Shown piece by piece: positions 35,140 through 48,463 of a DNA stretch of 64,000 nucleotides. The notes beneath the pieces were generated by a model. It ran no database searches, was not told the DNA's origin, and saw nothing but the letters and a program-made list of their open reading frames with translations. Every line of letters starts with the position of its first letter. Position 1 is the stretch's first letter. This stretch comes from Camelus dromedarius (lineage: Eukaryota). The stretch spans positions 29,576,001-29,640,000 of the forward strand of contig NC_087437.1 in the NCBI RefSeq assembly GCF_036321535.1, in the 5' to 3' direction. A program made the position numbers and the translations under genes.

Positions 35140-35340
35140 ATAGTCAATAATAGCTACCATTTATTGAATGCTTGTTACGTTCCAGGAATTATGTTAAGCA
35201 CTCAATCATTATCTCATTCAATTTTCAGAACAACCGTTTGTAGTATTAATAAATCACAAATTATTGGAGACATACAGAAAGGTTATTCTTCCAAAGTCAT
35301 AATTCACAAAAAATGAGGACAGAATTCTAAACGAAGATCA
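35140..35340 (-). mobile_element. MIR SINE
   Basis: aataatagctaccatttattgaatgcttgttacgttccagg...attatctcattcaattttcagaacaacc. Confidence 0.75.
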
Positions 35341-35380
35341 CCAGAAAACCCCTTTCTTGCCCTGTATAATATCATGTAGC

Positions 35381-35558
35381 CATTGGTGTACTGGAGCTGC
35401 CCGGGTGGGCCTATGTCAGCTGTTAAATATCCAGCAATTTGACAAGCCAGTTGTTAAAATTTGGTAATTTGAACTTGGTCATGGTGGAAATATTTGCATC
35501 CCTGGAAATCAACAAACACTACAAATAATGGCTTCTCCCCAACCCCAGCACACCACTG
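35381..35558. mobile_element. hAT MITE, MER63A-like
   Basis: Terminal inverted repeats cattggtgtactgg / ccagcacaccactg (12/14). 8-bp flanks catgtagc / gatatagc (6/8). Confidence 0.8.
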
Positions 35559-36734
35559 GATATAGCAAAAGATTTCAACTGTTATTCCACTTTCACTTTG
35601 GTTTAAATGGTTCAGAATAATCTGTCTCCTCAAGAGTCTGTTAAAATGGGCACTTGAAAAGGGTCATAGATACATTTGAACAAAAGTACAAGTTGACCCG
35701 TGGTTTGAGTTTCAATATCCCACCTCTGTGTTGTGCTAAGCAAAGGCTTTGAAAGCACACATCTGCCTTCTCATAATGTCCACCATTCACTCTCCAAAGC
35801 CCATTGAGTAAGACTAATAGTTTATTCCTGCAAGGTTTCTAATCTTCAAGTAACTTCAGGCCATAAAACCAACCCTATACATTATATTTCCAAAATGTTT
35901 GCTACTCTGTATTTTTACCCTGAGTCAAAAAGTTTGGGTTTTTTTTTTTTACCTCAGTCTTAAAACACTTGATAAGGGTCAGAGTCTAGAGTAGGTATTT
36001 CAGGTTGTTCATTTCTCTGGGTTTTATAGCTGCCTTCTGCTCAGCTCTTCATGAGAGGCAGAAAAGTTGAAAATAACCTGCTCACTGAGGCCAGTGTCAT
36101 TGCAACATCAACATTTTGAAATCTTCCTCAAAGGTCCTCCCTTAGTCAACTCAAGCCCTTTCTTACAGAAATGCTTATTGTCAAAAAGACATATTGATCT
36201 ATGGCTTCATGCTACTATAAATTTCTGAGAACTGTTTTGGTTTTTAAATGAGACACACCATGCACTCACTCATCCAGATAAAGAGAGATGCTCATCACAG
36301 CTCAGTGGGCTGGATGAGTTTAGCAAGATGCAGCCTGTCCATCAGTATCCCCCAGATCTACTCTCTTTGGTTGTTTTTTTTAATGCACAGGCTACTTTTT
36401 TCATGATTAATGAGGAATAGCTGTAGCACAAATAAAACCTGAGGAAAGCCACTGACTCACCAATGAGCACTATTCCTCAGCAGCTTTGTTGTTAAATAAC
36501 AACTCACTTACACAAGCAAAGAAAGACATTATATGAGTTGAAGTATTTAGTAAGAGTACAGAAAAAAAACTGTCCCCTTAATAAGAATGAAGAAGTGATC
36601 AATATAAGCCCTAAAACATGCTTTGATATGTACTACTTTAATTCCCTAACTGGCCACAAATGTCTATTTAGCCCATAAATTTATAACATTAGCAGCTACT
36701 TTTTATGATTTAATCTAATTTTAACAAGACTCTC

Positions 36735-38300
36735 AACTTTAGCCATGATGGAGTTAACTGACCATGGAAGATATCTCCTGCTATAATAACTAGAAAACTG
36801 GTTAAAATATACAAGAAAAAAAGTTTATAGATGCTAAGCAACAGGCATTACAGGGTTTTGGTCCATGAAAAAAGGAAATAAATAAGAGGAACCCCACAAT
36901 TGACCTAGATTGCTGCATGAAGTCACTTCTGGAACAGAAGAGGACAAGGCAGAAATGAAGCAGAGTGGTCCCACTGAGATTAGGAGACAGAGATCAGAGG
37001 TGAGAGAGGTGAAGACACCTGGAATTTGAGGGGCAAAGAGAGCCACGCAGAGAAAGAATTCCAGAAATCAATCTGAGTCCCCTTGGATCTTCAGTTGAAG
37101 ACTAAATTACACATGTCTAGGGTGAAATTACACAAAACCAGACAAAGAAGAGCTGTTGGGGAGTAAACAGCAACCTAGAGCTAGAACCAGAATCACCCCC
37201 ACCAGGGCTGAGAGACATTTGAGTTCTGATCCACCGGAGTGGAGAGCCCTTTTTAAATACCTCGGGTATTCAGAAGAGACTTCAGAAAGACAACTGCTGA
37301 AGAGTAGGGCTAGTTCAGCAAACTTGACTTTAAACTTGTCATAACAGAGCTTGAAAAAACCTCAGCAGGATCAAACTGATCTTCAGCTACGTTAAGCATC
37401 TGGCATAAAACCCAACACAGTCCGAGAACGGAATGAACATCTAGACCTTCACAGACACAGCAGTCACAATGTATAGGATCTAATAAAACCTTTGTAAATT
37501 GCAAGGAAGCAGAACATGACCCATAATCAGGAGAAGAATCAGTAAATAAAAATAGAACCATAAAATAAAGAGGTGATTCAATTAACAAAGACCCTGAAAA
37601 ACAACGTTATAACTATGTTCATGTTCAAAGGTTTAAAATAAAACATAAGTATAATGGACTTTCAATGAATAAATGGAAACCATACAAAGAACCAAAGGAA
37701 ATTCTACAGCTAAAAATATAATGAAATGGAAAATTCACCGCATGGGCTTAACATAAGATTAGATACAACACAAGCAAAAAAATAGTGAATTTCTATATCA
37801 GGCAGTAGAAACAATGCAAACTGAAGCACAAAAAGAAAAAAAAAAGACTTAAAAAATGAACAGAGCCTCAGTGATCTCTGAGACAATATCAAACAGTCTA
37901 ACAAATAAGTAATTGGAGCCTCAGAAAAGGACAGACGGGATGGGGCCCAAAAATATTTGAAGGGACAATGGCCAGGAATTTTCAGAATTTGATTTAAAAT
38001 ATAAACACAGACCCTAGAAACTCACAAACCAAAAGCAGATTAAACATAACGAAAATCACACCAAGGCACAGCATAAATCAAATCGCTGGCACTGAATAAT
38101 AAAGAGAAATCCTTAAAGCAGCCAAGGGGAAAAAAGTGTTCCATGGTGAGTGGGAATTAATTGATTAGAAAGGGGCATTAAAAAAAAACTCTTTGGGTTG
38201 ATGAAAATGTTCTATATCTTAATGGGGTAGATGCCTGCATTTGTTATCATTCACTGTACACTTAAGATCTGTACATCTCTGTAAATTATTTATACTTTGA
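36735..38300 (+). mobile_element. Old L1ME-type element: 5' UTR and ORF1 joined directly to a 3' end
   Basis: 5' UTR-like start. ORF1 remnants gaacagagcctcagtgatctctgagacaatatc and gagaaatccttaaagcagccaaggg. Then the 3' UTR (tgggttgatgaaaatgttctatatctt...gtacacttaagatctgtacat). Confidence 0.75.
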
Positions 38301-38689
38301 TCATCTAATTCTACCAAGATTTTAAAAATACCTTTATGTGCCGAGAGCACTTGGAAGGTATGTGGACAAATAATCTGAAATACATACATACTGTGACCTT
38401 AAGTTTATGATCATATGAGGGACAAACATTTAAACAACTCACAAAAGTGAAACTGAGACTAGCGCTGTACACACTAAAGGCAGAGTGCTTTTGGAGCACA
38501 TATAAGAAATTTTAATTCAACCCAGAGGATAAGACAAGAACCATCTATTATTTCAAGGAAACAAACATTTATTGAGCACCAATAAGTTATGTACTAGAAA
38601 TACAATAATAAATAATATGTCTTTTGTTAATAATAAATAACATGTATTGAGTATACACCGTGTGCAGACACTGATTGCACTGTAACACC

Positions 38690-38900
38690 ATCTCACTATA
38701 GCATAGTAGTTAGAAGTCAAACAGATCTGAGCTCCAATTCAGGCTTTGTCACCTGCTACCTATATAACCTTGGGAAAGTCACTAAACTTCCATAAACGTC
38801 AAATTCTCTAAGTGTAAAGTGATGATAATTAAAATACCTATTTTGTTGTATGTTTGTGAAGATTAACTGAAATAGACAAAATAAAGACATGGTCCAAGTC
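38690..38900 (+). mobile_element. MIR SINE
   Basis: agtcaaacagatctgagctccaattcaggctttgtcac...aaccttgggaaagtcactaaac. Confidence 0.8.
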
Positions 38901-38949
38901 CTAAAGATTCCACCAGGGGCTGCCTATAACAAATAATATTACAGTGTGT

Positions 38950-40000
38950 TCAATCATACGTCACTGGTGCCATGAGAATACAAAGAGTAAGCTGCCTTAT
39001 CCCAGGAGAATTTTCCCTTAGAAACATGTTTAATGGAATCTTAAAGAATAACAGAATTATTCAGGAGATTTGGGGAATACATAAACTCCAGGTAAAGGAA
39101 ACATCATAAACGTAATCTCAAAGGCAAAAAATAAAAAATCGTTAATTGCCGAAATGCAAAACACAAGGCACGTAACGTAGGATAGGTTCAGAGGGACCAG
39201 GTTTTACAGAAGGTTTTATATTGCATATTAAGGATGCTGAGCTGTACTCTGTAGGCTCTTAGGAGTCACTGAAAGGTTTTAAGGGTAGCATTTTTACATT
39301 TTAGAAACACAGGTGGCTCAATGGAAGTTTTATTTGAAAATGGCAAGGTGTCAGAGAGAGCAGTTAGGAGGTAGTCACAAAATCTCAGGCAAGAGATGAT
39401 GAGGCAAGAGCTCAAGCAACTGTAGAGGGTTGGAGGTGATGGGAAAGATCTGAAAAATTCCAAGGAAGTAAAATTGATGGGATATGAGTGAAAGTGATGG
39501 GAATATGAGTGAAAGTGATGGGATATGAGGAGGGAGGGAGGAGCACCCAGATCTGTTTCCCGGGTAATGATCCTGTGATAAGGATGACAGGAGGAGGAAG
39601 GGGTTTGATTTTGAACAGATTGAATCTGAGATGCCTGTAGGAATCCCAAGAGGATAACTGGAGCACAGGTGAATTTGCATCTCCTCTAGAGCTCAGGGGA
39701 GAGTTAAGGAAGAGTGCTGTGAATTGGAGACTCATGAAATATGTGGAGAGAGATGTACTAAAATAGCTGAGAGCATTTGAAAAGAAGACTGACAGTACAA
39801 ACAGTAGTGAGCCAAGGACATAACCCCAGGCCACTAATCGAATCAATTGGTAATTGAGGAGACTAGAAGGAAGGCAGAGAGAAATAGGAAGTAAATAGAG
39901 ATAATATCACAGAATAAAGGGGACCAGAATATTGGCCTTTGAGTGGAGAAAGGGGCAAAGAGTGTATTCAGTAGAACAAAAGTCTGAAAATTCTATGCTG
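38950..40000 (-). mobile_element. L2 remnant
   Basis: ggagtcactgaaaggttttaag...cagttaggaggtagtcacaaaatctcaggcaagagatgatgagg...tctgagatgcctgtaggaatcccaag. Confidence 0.8.
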
Positions 40001-40133
40001 TGTTAAGGAATCTATCCACACATTAAAAAATATAGATATAGTATGAAGTAAATTAAGAGGTTGAGACCAGTTCAGGGAGTGTCTTAAAGTCAGTGCTGTT
40101 AGGTTCAGGTTTTATTCCTTAGCATTGGGAAAC

Positions 40134-40240
40134 TTTTTTCCCAGCTTTATTGAGGTATAATTGACTGATAATTGTATATATTTAGCCTGTACCCATGATA
40201 CTTGGTGGTTTCATATACAATGTAAAATTATTGCACATCA
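40134..40240 (-). mobile_element. L1MA-type 3' terminal fragment
   Basis: ttttttcccagctttattgaggtataattgac. Confidence 0.7.
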
Positions 40241-40429
40241 TTTAGGAGAGAAATTACACATTCATTATTTTAACCTTTGTATGAAAGAAAGAGTGGAGTC
40301 AGGAGAGATGCTGGAAGAGCATTTTGGGGGCATTTGGGAGGTACAGGTTGAGAGTGAGAGCCTGCATTAGAGGAGGAGGATGTAAAAACACCACCAAGTT
40401 ATCTCCCCAGAGAGCAAGAGGGTGGTGGG

Positions 40430-40919
40430 TGTTACAGTGACTCAGGCAGGAAAAATCTTAGAAGGACCTGGTTTAGGGAGGTGAGAACTGAGACCATCTG
40501 TGTCCACGTGATGTAGACAAGTCTGCAGACCACCTCCGTGACCATGATATAGTTCTCTGTTCCAGGAAAACTTTTCCACAGAAAGATAAGACCATAAAGC
40601 AAAAAATAACTCCACCAATTGTTTCAGGAAATTCCTGCAGATAAATTTATTAAAGATAAGAGTCTTTACCTGAGCAAACAGCCCACTTACCAAACACACG
40701 TTTGCTTATCAAGACTTTCTTCAGGAGATTTCGTGTAGCCCTGATTAGTCTTATCTTGGGGGAACCACCTTAGACCACATGCCAAAATTCTGTAAATATT
40801 CCTCTTCTGAGACACTGCTCAGACTCCATCAGAGTCATGTTTCTTTCTTGCTGCAACAAGTACCAGTTAAGTTTTGCTTTTTTAGCAGACTCCCTGGTGA
40901 TAATTTGGGGCATTCAATA
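40430..40919 (+). mobile_element. ERV1-class solo LTR (MER90/MER110-like)
   Basis: TG start; 3' part tgagacactgctcagactcc...ttgctgcaacaag...ttttgctt...ctggtgataatttgggg. Confidence 0.5.
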
Positions 40920-41149
40920 GAAGGAATATGAGGAGTGCAGTGTGGGAAGTACTTGATTTGAAAGATCTGTGGAGCATTAGCAGGCAATTGAATATTTGCA
41001 TAGAGAGCTAAACAGATGATAAAGATGATATTTGATAAGGCTTTCAGTACATCAAAATCCCATCATTCAGATGGGTTCAGACCCAAATGTTGTAAACTAA
41101 TAATGATGACTTTTTTTGTAACCTCCCATATCAAACTTCACTACTACTT

Positions 41150-41510
41150 TTTCCCACTGTATAAAGGCCTGTCATGCTGAGTTCGTGATCAGTTCCGTGA
41201 TTTGGCTCATGCTGCTTCCTCTGCCTGGAATAGTTTTCCCTTCCTTCCTAAGGTTGAAATCTCTCATGGCTAGCAGCCTCCTTCCAGCCCTTGAAGCCTT
41301 CTCAGAGGTGTCTTTAATTCTGTGTTGGTTCCTTTTCTCTCCTGTGTTTCATCAACTGCTCTCCAATCTTTTCCCACCTATTGGTTTTGTAGCCCTGAGC
41401 ACATTGAAATTAAAGAGAACGATCGTTTCTTACACTTTGTTATTGCTCCCAGCCCCTAAATTATTCCTGGATGTGTTATAAAACTTCAATGAATATACTT
41501 GAATGTATTA
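41150..41510 (+). mobile_element. L2 3' fragment
   Basis: ttggctcatgctgcttcctctgcctggaatag...tcaatgaatatacttgaatg. Confidence 0.6.
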
Positions 41511-42025
41511 ATTTAAACTCAGGAAAGTTAGGAGGAAGTTGAAACATGTCTGACTCTCCAAAAAAGATGTTTAACTAGCAGTTAGCTAGTTAATAATCAT
41601 TAGCTTAATTGTACATTTGTCTGATGCAAGCTTAAATGATGAGTGATGAGGAAAGAATGAGAAGGAAATCAGAAATTCTATTCAAGATCTAAAAGATGCA
41701 ACTTTCTGAATTTGTTTCTGAAATGTGGGTGTTGAATATTTTGCATCAGAAATGTGTGTATATATTTGGAAACACTATACACTTATATATATATTTGGGA
41801 GGATACAGGCTCGAATATTTAGTGGGTAGTTTAGGTATAATAAAGGCAGGAGAAAGGATTACAGGCATTTTCTTCTTTACTTTGATCTTAATTATTTAGT
41901 TAATTTATTTTAGAGCACACTGATATTTTTTGGACAATAAAAAAAATTGAACAAAAGTGATTAAAACATCAGTGTACAGTTGTCCAGGTGTTCATGTGAA
42001 GGGTTGGAAATAAGGTGGCAAAATA

Positions 42026-42565
42026 ATTTACAATAGCCAAGACATGGAGGCAACCTAAATGTCCATCACAGATGACTGAATAAAGAAGATGAGGGGTGTG
42101 TGTGTATAAAATATGTAGAATGGAATATTACTCAGCCATAAAAAACAAAGTAATAACCATTTGCAGCAACACAGATGGACCTAGAGATTATCATATTAAG
42201 TGAAGTAAGTCAAAGAAAGATAAATTTCGTATGGTATCACTTGTATGTGGAATCTAAAAAAAAAAAAAGATCCAAAGAACTTATAAACCAGAAAGAGACT
42301 CACAGACATAGAAAACAAATTATGGTTACCAAAGGGGAAAGGGATAAATTAGGGGGAATTTGGGATTGACATATATGCACTACTGTATATAAAATAAACA
42401 AACAAGGTCCTACTGTATAGCACAGGGAACTATATTCAATATCTTGTAATAACCTATAATGGAAAAAAATCTGAAAAAGAATATATATATGTAAGTGAAT
42501 CACCTTGCTGTACACCTGAAAATAACACAACACTGGAAATCAATTAAACTCCAATTAAAAAAAAA
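42026..42565 (+). mobile_element. 5'-truncated L1 3' end (artiodactyl type, older)
   Basis: tttacaatagccaagacatggaggcaacctaaatgtcc...actgtatagcacagggaactatattcaatatcttg...poly(A). Only a degenerate TSD remains. Confidence 0.92.
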
Positions 42566-44164
42566 GAATCTGGCACAAATATTCATCTTCAGAAGAAAAC
42601 AGTGAAAGATGTGCACTTTCTCTTTTGAACAAGACTGAGTAGTTTAGTTCCTTGTTCTGTCTTTTAAACCAGAATTTTTATGGCTGAAGCTCTCAACCCA
42701 AATGCTAATTACAGTGATACACTAAATCTGTTGACTCTCCTCAAATGCCTATTGTGCTGATACAAACCAGAAAGTCATTTGTTTTTTTTTGAGGGTCTTG
42801 GTAATCAAATAAGGAGAAGATCTGACTTAAACTTGAGAACTTCAGATTTATAATTTAATGTTCTTACTCATTATTTTATATCCTGTATTGTTCAGTAGGT
42901 CAGTAAAACAGAATTGCTTTGGGACCTGAAATTAATGTCCATACACTTCCCTTTCGGTGCTTGTCTGATTGGCACATCTATCCAAATTTTCGTGTGTCAG
43001 AAGCCAACATGAAGAGCAATTACCAATATGAACTTGGACACACAATTAAAACTTGGACTTTTGCCCCTGAATGTATAAATACCCCTCTTGCCATCTCCTT
43101 TCTGTTTTATTCTAAGCTCCTTTCCAAGCTAATTTCTTTTCCTTCTGACTAATGAGAAATATCTTGGATGAGCCTGACTAATTCCAAAGCAGTATCTATA
43201 ATCCTTTAATCACTTTAAGAAGTAAACCAATAGACAGGCATTTGGGGGGAAAAAAAGCTCTGGTGACAGAATGTATTAGGCTAGTGTCCTGCAGTTAGAA
43301 ACGATTTCTACCATCCACACACCCCAATGATACGCAAGAACAAAATCATTATTCTGAAGCAGCCGCATCAGGTGGCACATTGGTTTATCTATTTTTTGAC
43401 TGATTTTACCATGAATGTCAAGCCAATAGGGAAAAATTAATGTGTACATATAGAAGTTGTCATTTTGGATACTGATCTGTATTTCTTATGATTTATTTCT
43501 TTGTCTTTGACAATTTTTCTGAATTTTTAATTTTAAGAACACAATTGTGTGTACTTATAAAAGTATAATATATAAAAGTGTGTGCTTAAAGTCACAAATA
43601 AAAATGAAAAGCAATCAGCAGAAAATTAGATACAGATACTTATACAGCACTGTAAATTTTCACTCTCTGGTTCATGTCAGTCTAGTTTGCCTTATGGCCA
43701 AATAATCCGTAATTAAACTTTACTGCAATGTAAATGTTAGCAAAATGGACTGTCGTAGTCAATCAGTGTTTAGAAAAAAATTAATCAAACCCAATTCCTT
43801 CCTCTAATGAACTTCTTCATGCACTACTAGCTCACACATCCAGCTCTAAGTGAGGCTGAGCAGGTAATTTGGAGAAGCCTGTGGATAGTTAGAGGAGTCT
43901 TACCAGTTCGTGTTGGAAAGATTTGTGATTAAGAAGCAGATGAAATATTAGCTAAGGGAGAAACCCAGCCCTTGGTAACTTCAGGAAAAGTTCATAGATG
44001 ACGCGTCTGATTTTAAGTGTATCATAGCATAAGATACATGTGTGCCAGTGAAAAATCAGCATGCTAAAAAGTACATTTCAGGACATTCTGGAGGCTCCAC
44101 GTAAACACTTTGTACACCAGAACAAGACTTGGCTAGCTCAGTCCCTTTCACTCTCCATGTGGAA

Positions 44165-44360
44165 AAGTGTTAAGAAATAAGCTTTAGATGCTAAGTCTGG
44201 CTCTGCTGCTTACAAAATATGTGACCTTAGGCAAGCATTTAACATCTCTGTGCAGCAAGTTTCCTCATCTCTCAAATGAGAGTAATAATACACACAATAG
44301 TTTTTTTTTTTTGAGAAGATCAAACAGCTACTGACACAAACAGACACAATATGCATTCGC
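44165..44360 (+). mobile_element. MIR SINE
   Basis: ctggctctgctgcttac...gtgaccttaggcaagcatttaacatctctgtgc...gtttcctcatctctcaaatgag. Confidence 0.85.
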
Positions 44361-44877
44361 AAATATATACTGCATTTTTATAATAGATAAAATTCATGCT
44401 TTTAATTCAATAAATCGCTGAATCCTACATTGTTGTCGGGGAGTTCCCTCAGGCCTTCCTTCTGTTCATCTTCCAGACCCGATTTCCCAAATTTTCCTTC
44501 CTCGCCTGCTGCAGATTCTAGGCATTAAGTTTGTTTTCCTATCCTTTCCTGAAAGCTTTTCTGCTTTGAAACTGCCACCATCCAGTTCATTCTGTTGACT
44601 CTCTGACTGCTAAAGCTGTGAGCAAAGTGCAAAATTAATGGCCCTCAGTTCCCCCAACGGCCCTTGGGGGGGGGGGGGTTCTTTCTTTTTCTTTACTGAG
44701 TTTAAGTTTGGAGGAAACAGACTGAGAATAACAAAGGGAGATAAAGTGGGAGAAACTGCAAAGTGTAAGACATCTCTCAAAACACATTCAGATAGCCAAT
44801 TTTAAAAGAGAGTAGTTTGCATTTCTGAAACCAGTTTACATAGAATTCAGTCACTGGCCAACATCATCCACCGCCTA

Positions 44878-44878
<1 letters not shown>

Positions 44879-44911
<33 letters not shown>

Positions 44912-44927
44912 CACACACACATACACA
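44879..44927. repeat. (CA)n microsatellite
   Basis: Interrupted CA run. Confidence 0.95.
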
Positions 44928-44929
44928 AA

Positions 44930-45220
44930 ATATTACATCTTTATTTTCACAAACCTTTAAGTGAAATTTAACATCTCCTTTATGTATTACCATACTTGTG
45001 ATAGCATGAGCCTTTATTACTATATAATTGTTGCAAATACCATTTAGTCCTCACTGCTACTTAGAAATTAAGGTAGCTAAGACCCATTGTAGATCTTATT
45101 ATTTGGTGTTTTAATAGAAACTATATGTATATTACAAATCTGGGTTTCTGATGTCTACAATACCAGGTAATTGGCTTCCTCGGTAACTCTATGAATGTAT
45201 GCATATAAAACACTATTACA
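44930..45220. mobile_element. hAT-Charlie fragment (MER113-like)
   Basis: attacatctttattttcacaaacc...gaaatttaacat...tagatcttattattt...taattggcttcctcggtaactctatg. Confidence 0.55.
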
Positions 45221-46159
45221 GTTAGTTATTATTTCTTTTAAATCCTGCATTATTTTGCATATTTGGCTTCACCATTTTGTTTGCTTCAAATTGGATATGA
45301 TATGCTGAAACATTAGCTTTGATATGATGGTGGCAGTGCCTTCCACATGTCAAAATGATACTGACTTCCTCTTTAACAGTGGGATTTGAAGCTAGGGATT
45401 TTAAAAAATAAATAAATAATAAAAAGATAACTTCTTTAAAACCTCACCATCTTATCTTTGGAAACTGTTTTTCTAGGGTAAAAGAGAGATATACAAATCT
45501 GTGAAATAATGAGCTGTGCTACAATTGGTTTCTGGGGTCTAAGAGGCTGAGTACATCATATATGGCCTTAACACAAAGACACAGCTCAGGGAGTTTGCTA
45601 ACTAAACTTCCCATTCTTGTAGGCATCTTGCTGTACTATTGACAAGAAACGCCATGAGTTCTGTCATGCAGCCATCTGGGTAGGACTTGCCTGACCGTGC
45701 GCTTAGGTGCCGCTTCCCAAGTCCACACAAATAGAGTGATTTCCCTTTGTTTTGAGCACGTAATGACAGCTGCATGTTGTCACCATGCTTTTTAGAAACA
45801 ACTCTCTCAGCTTTTTAAAAAATCAGCATCCCAAAATGATGGTTTCCTATTATGTTGCAAAATTGCCTCAAAGCATTATTAATACCCTGAATGTCCAAAC
45901 TGTGGCTGTTCAATAAGCTTTGGAAGGAATTTGTTCACAATTACTGTAGCAAGATGAAAAGGTACTATTTCTCTCTTAAGGAGCTTGCTAGTGGAAGATG
46001 AACATCATATACCACCTTGCAGAGTTCAAAACTGTTTACTCATAGGAAAACTTTTACCCATGGATCTCAAGGTACTCATCTCAAAACTAATCCAACCAGC
46101 TCTAAATTCAGCCCAGATCTAGAATGTTCTAAGAAGACAAAGCCAGCAATGTTTGTTGT

Positions 46160-46610
46160 TTTAATGAGCAGTGGGAAGTGCCTTTGATGGCCACGGTGCC
46201 AGACACCAATGGCTCGAGTGAGCTTCCCTGGCAATACCCTCTGCTCTTTGTCACACATCATGGCCAGGAGGAGGTAGCGCTGTACCTAACTCCACAGGGA
46301 GAGGGTGACTGGACACTCTGTGTTTGGATCCCCCCCAGACTCCACTTTATGTGCACTTCCTTTGACTAATTTTAACCTGTATCCTGTGCCTGTATACGCT
46401 TTGTGAGTATCATAGCTTTCAGTGATCTCTGTGACTCCTTGTAGCAAATTATCAAACCTGAGAGTGGTCATGGGAATCCCTGAATTGGTAGCCATCTGAT
46501 CTGAAGTGAGGGTGACTGGAGACTCTGAGTTGGCAGCTGGAGTCTGAAATGAGGACTGTCTTGTGAGGACTCCTGCCTCTAACTGTACAGTTGGCTTAAT
46601 TCTGGGTAAG
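46160..46610 (+). mobile_element. ERVL LTR 3' part (MER77/MER68-like)
   Basis: gtgagcttccctggcaatac...tgactaattttaacctgtatcct...tagcaaattatcaaacctgagagtggtcatggga. Confidence 0.75.
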
Positions 46611-47450
46611 GATTAAGAAAAAAATCTGTGCAAATTTAGGATTTTATACAGGTATAATGTTTGGTTTATTAGACAGACAGCCTTGTAATTCCAACTTAAA
46701 AGGAGTTTTTGAGTTGACTTTTGATTTAACATAACATTTTGCTAAGTTTATTAGTTATTGATTACTTAGAATATTAAGTTTGCTGTATTTTTTACTTCAA
46801 TATATTAGTTTTGTAAGAGTTATTTTAATTACTAAGAAGGTTTTGTTTAAGTCATATTGAATATTGAAATACTTTAAAATGAAGGAAAATGATTAAGTTT
46901 ATAAATGCAGTTTAAATCGTTTTAAGATACGGATATATGGTTTGTAAATTAGACCAAACACTATTTAAACATACTTTAAAATTGATTGTAAAAATTTTGT
47001 AGCAGTATAAGTAATTTCTGAACTGAGCTTAAAATCTCAAGAAGGATCTAGGATTTTGAATTTGCAAATTTCATAAATTGACTAAGTCCTTTTAAGTCCT
47101 ATTAATAGAGATTATAATACAATTTCTAAATTTAGGGATGGTCAACTAGGTAAAGGCTAAATGATTATTGAATATCAGTGAACAAAAAAAAAAGAGAGAG
47201 ACAGGATTAACATAGAAACATTCAGAAAGTTGTACATTCCTAATGCCTGATCTGTTGCTTTCCACTTAAAGATTTGCCTAAATTTGGGGAAACTATGTTT
47301 GGAGTCTTTCCATATAAAAACATGTCATTAAGTTGTGGAAGTGAATTAGATTTCTAGTTGCTAAACCTGTCTCTTGGCATGAGATTTAGTAGTACTGCTC
47401 TGTTGGATTATGCATAACTGGTAAAGCTCAAGAAAGTTAGGAGAGCACAG

Positions 47451-47935
47451 TCTATCAGCTGAAACTCTTTTAGTGGCAGGGGAACAAAATATCCAATCCA
47501 ACTGGTCTGAATATAAAAGATAATTTAGGGACTCTCAGGGCCTGATGTAACTGAAACATCTGGGCACACTTGGATTCAAGGGCTCAACCAGTGGCATCAG
47601 GACCCATGTCTCTGGGCTCTCTTCTTTTTTCTGGGTTGGCTTTACCCATACATTATGGAGATAATATGGCTGCCAGAAGGCTGAGCATGCATCCTTCCAT
47701 GTTTAAAGCCAGCAGAAAATAACATGACTTTCCAGGAGGAAGCAGAATTATCCAGATGATATCTCATTAGATCATGTGCCTGTTCCCCTCTTCTCTCATC
47801 ACTCTGTGCAGGTATCTCCCCCTCATCCTTGGAGTCAGCAGCAGGAGAGTCAGATCAGGAACTGTGCAGGGAAAAAGTAACTCCCCCAAGGACACTCACT
47901 TTGGAGGAAGATGAATGGATGCTGGGTGCAAGTCA
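47451..47935 (-). mobile_element. MaLR LTR, MLT1K-like
   Basis: actcttttagtggcagg...ttggattcaagggctcaac...catcaggaccc...atggctgccag...gaatggatgctggg. Confidence 0.7.
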
Positions 47936-48437
47936 CTTGTAACAATATTTACTTATAGGTCTATGACAAGTAGAAATTATTCCTTTTCCTTTTCCAAACT
48001 GTGTTCTTCTAAACCTTTTTTTAAATTCTAGGTCTCCCTACCCACAACAGATGTGTGGAAAACACAATGGGGTTGGGAATTTTGAACACTTATTAATTCT
48101 ATAGTGAAACGTGACACCTTTACTTCTTGTTGAGGAGGTTTCTTGCCTAGCTGACAATGATGAATAGCTTTAAGGAGGTCAGTGATTTGATTTTTGTTTT
48201 CCATTTCCCTGAAATACTGAGAGAATATGGGAAGAGAGAGATTTTTAAGTCAAGTCAAAAATACTTGTGTAGAATGTCTTAGTGCAATTTTTCTTGATCC
48301 TGCTGGGTGACAGTGTGAGTTTTATAACTCAATTTTGCATCAGATATCATTCTCTGATCTTTATACTAGTAAAGCACATTAACTTTTGTGTACATAGCCT
48401 AAGTATTACATAAAAATTACAGAATTTTGCACCTAAA

Positions 48438-48463
48438 TGTGTGTGTGTGTGTGTGTGTGTGTG
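48438..48463. repeat. (TG)n microsatellite
   Basis: Pure TG run. Confidence 0.95.

Noticed and set aside
39266..39846. Three stacked minus-strand ORFs (101-144 aa)
   Set aside because: Decayed L2 sequence plus a short tandem repeat; chance open frames
44666..44678. Poly-G run as a G-quadruplex element
   Set aside because: A single homopolymer run with no further support
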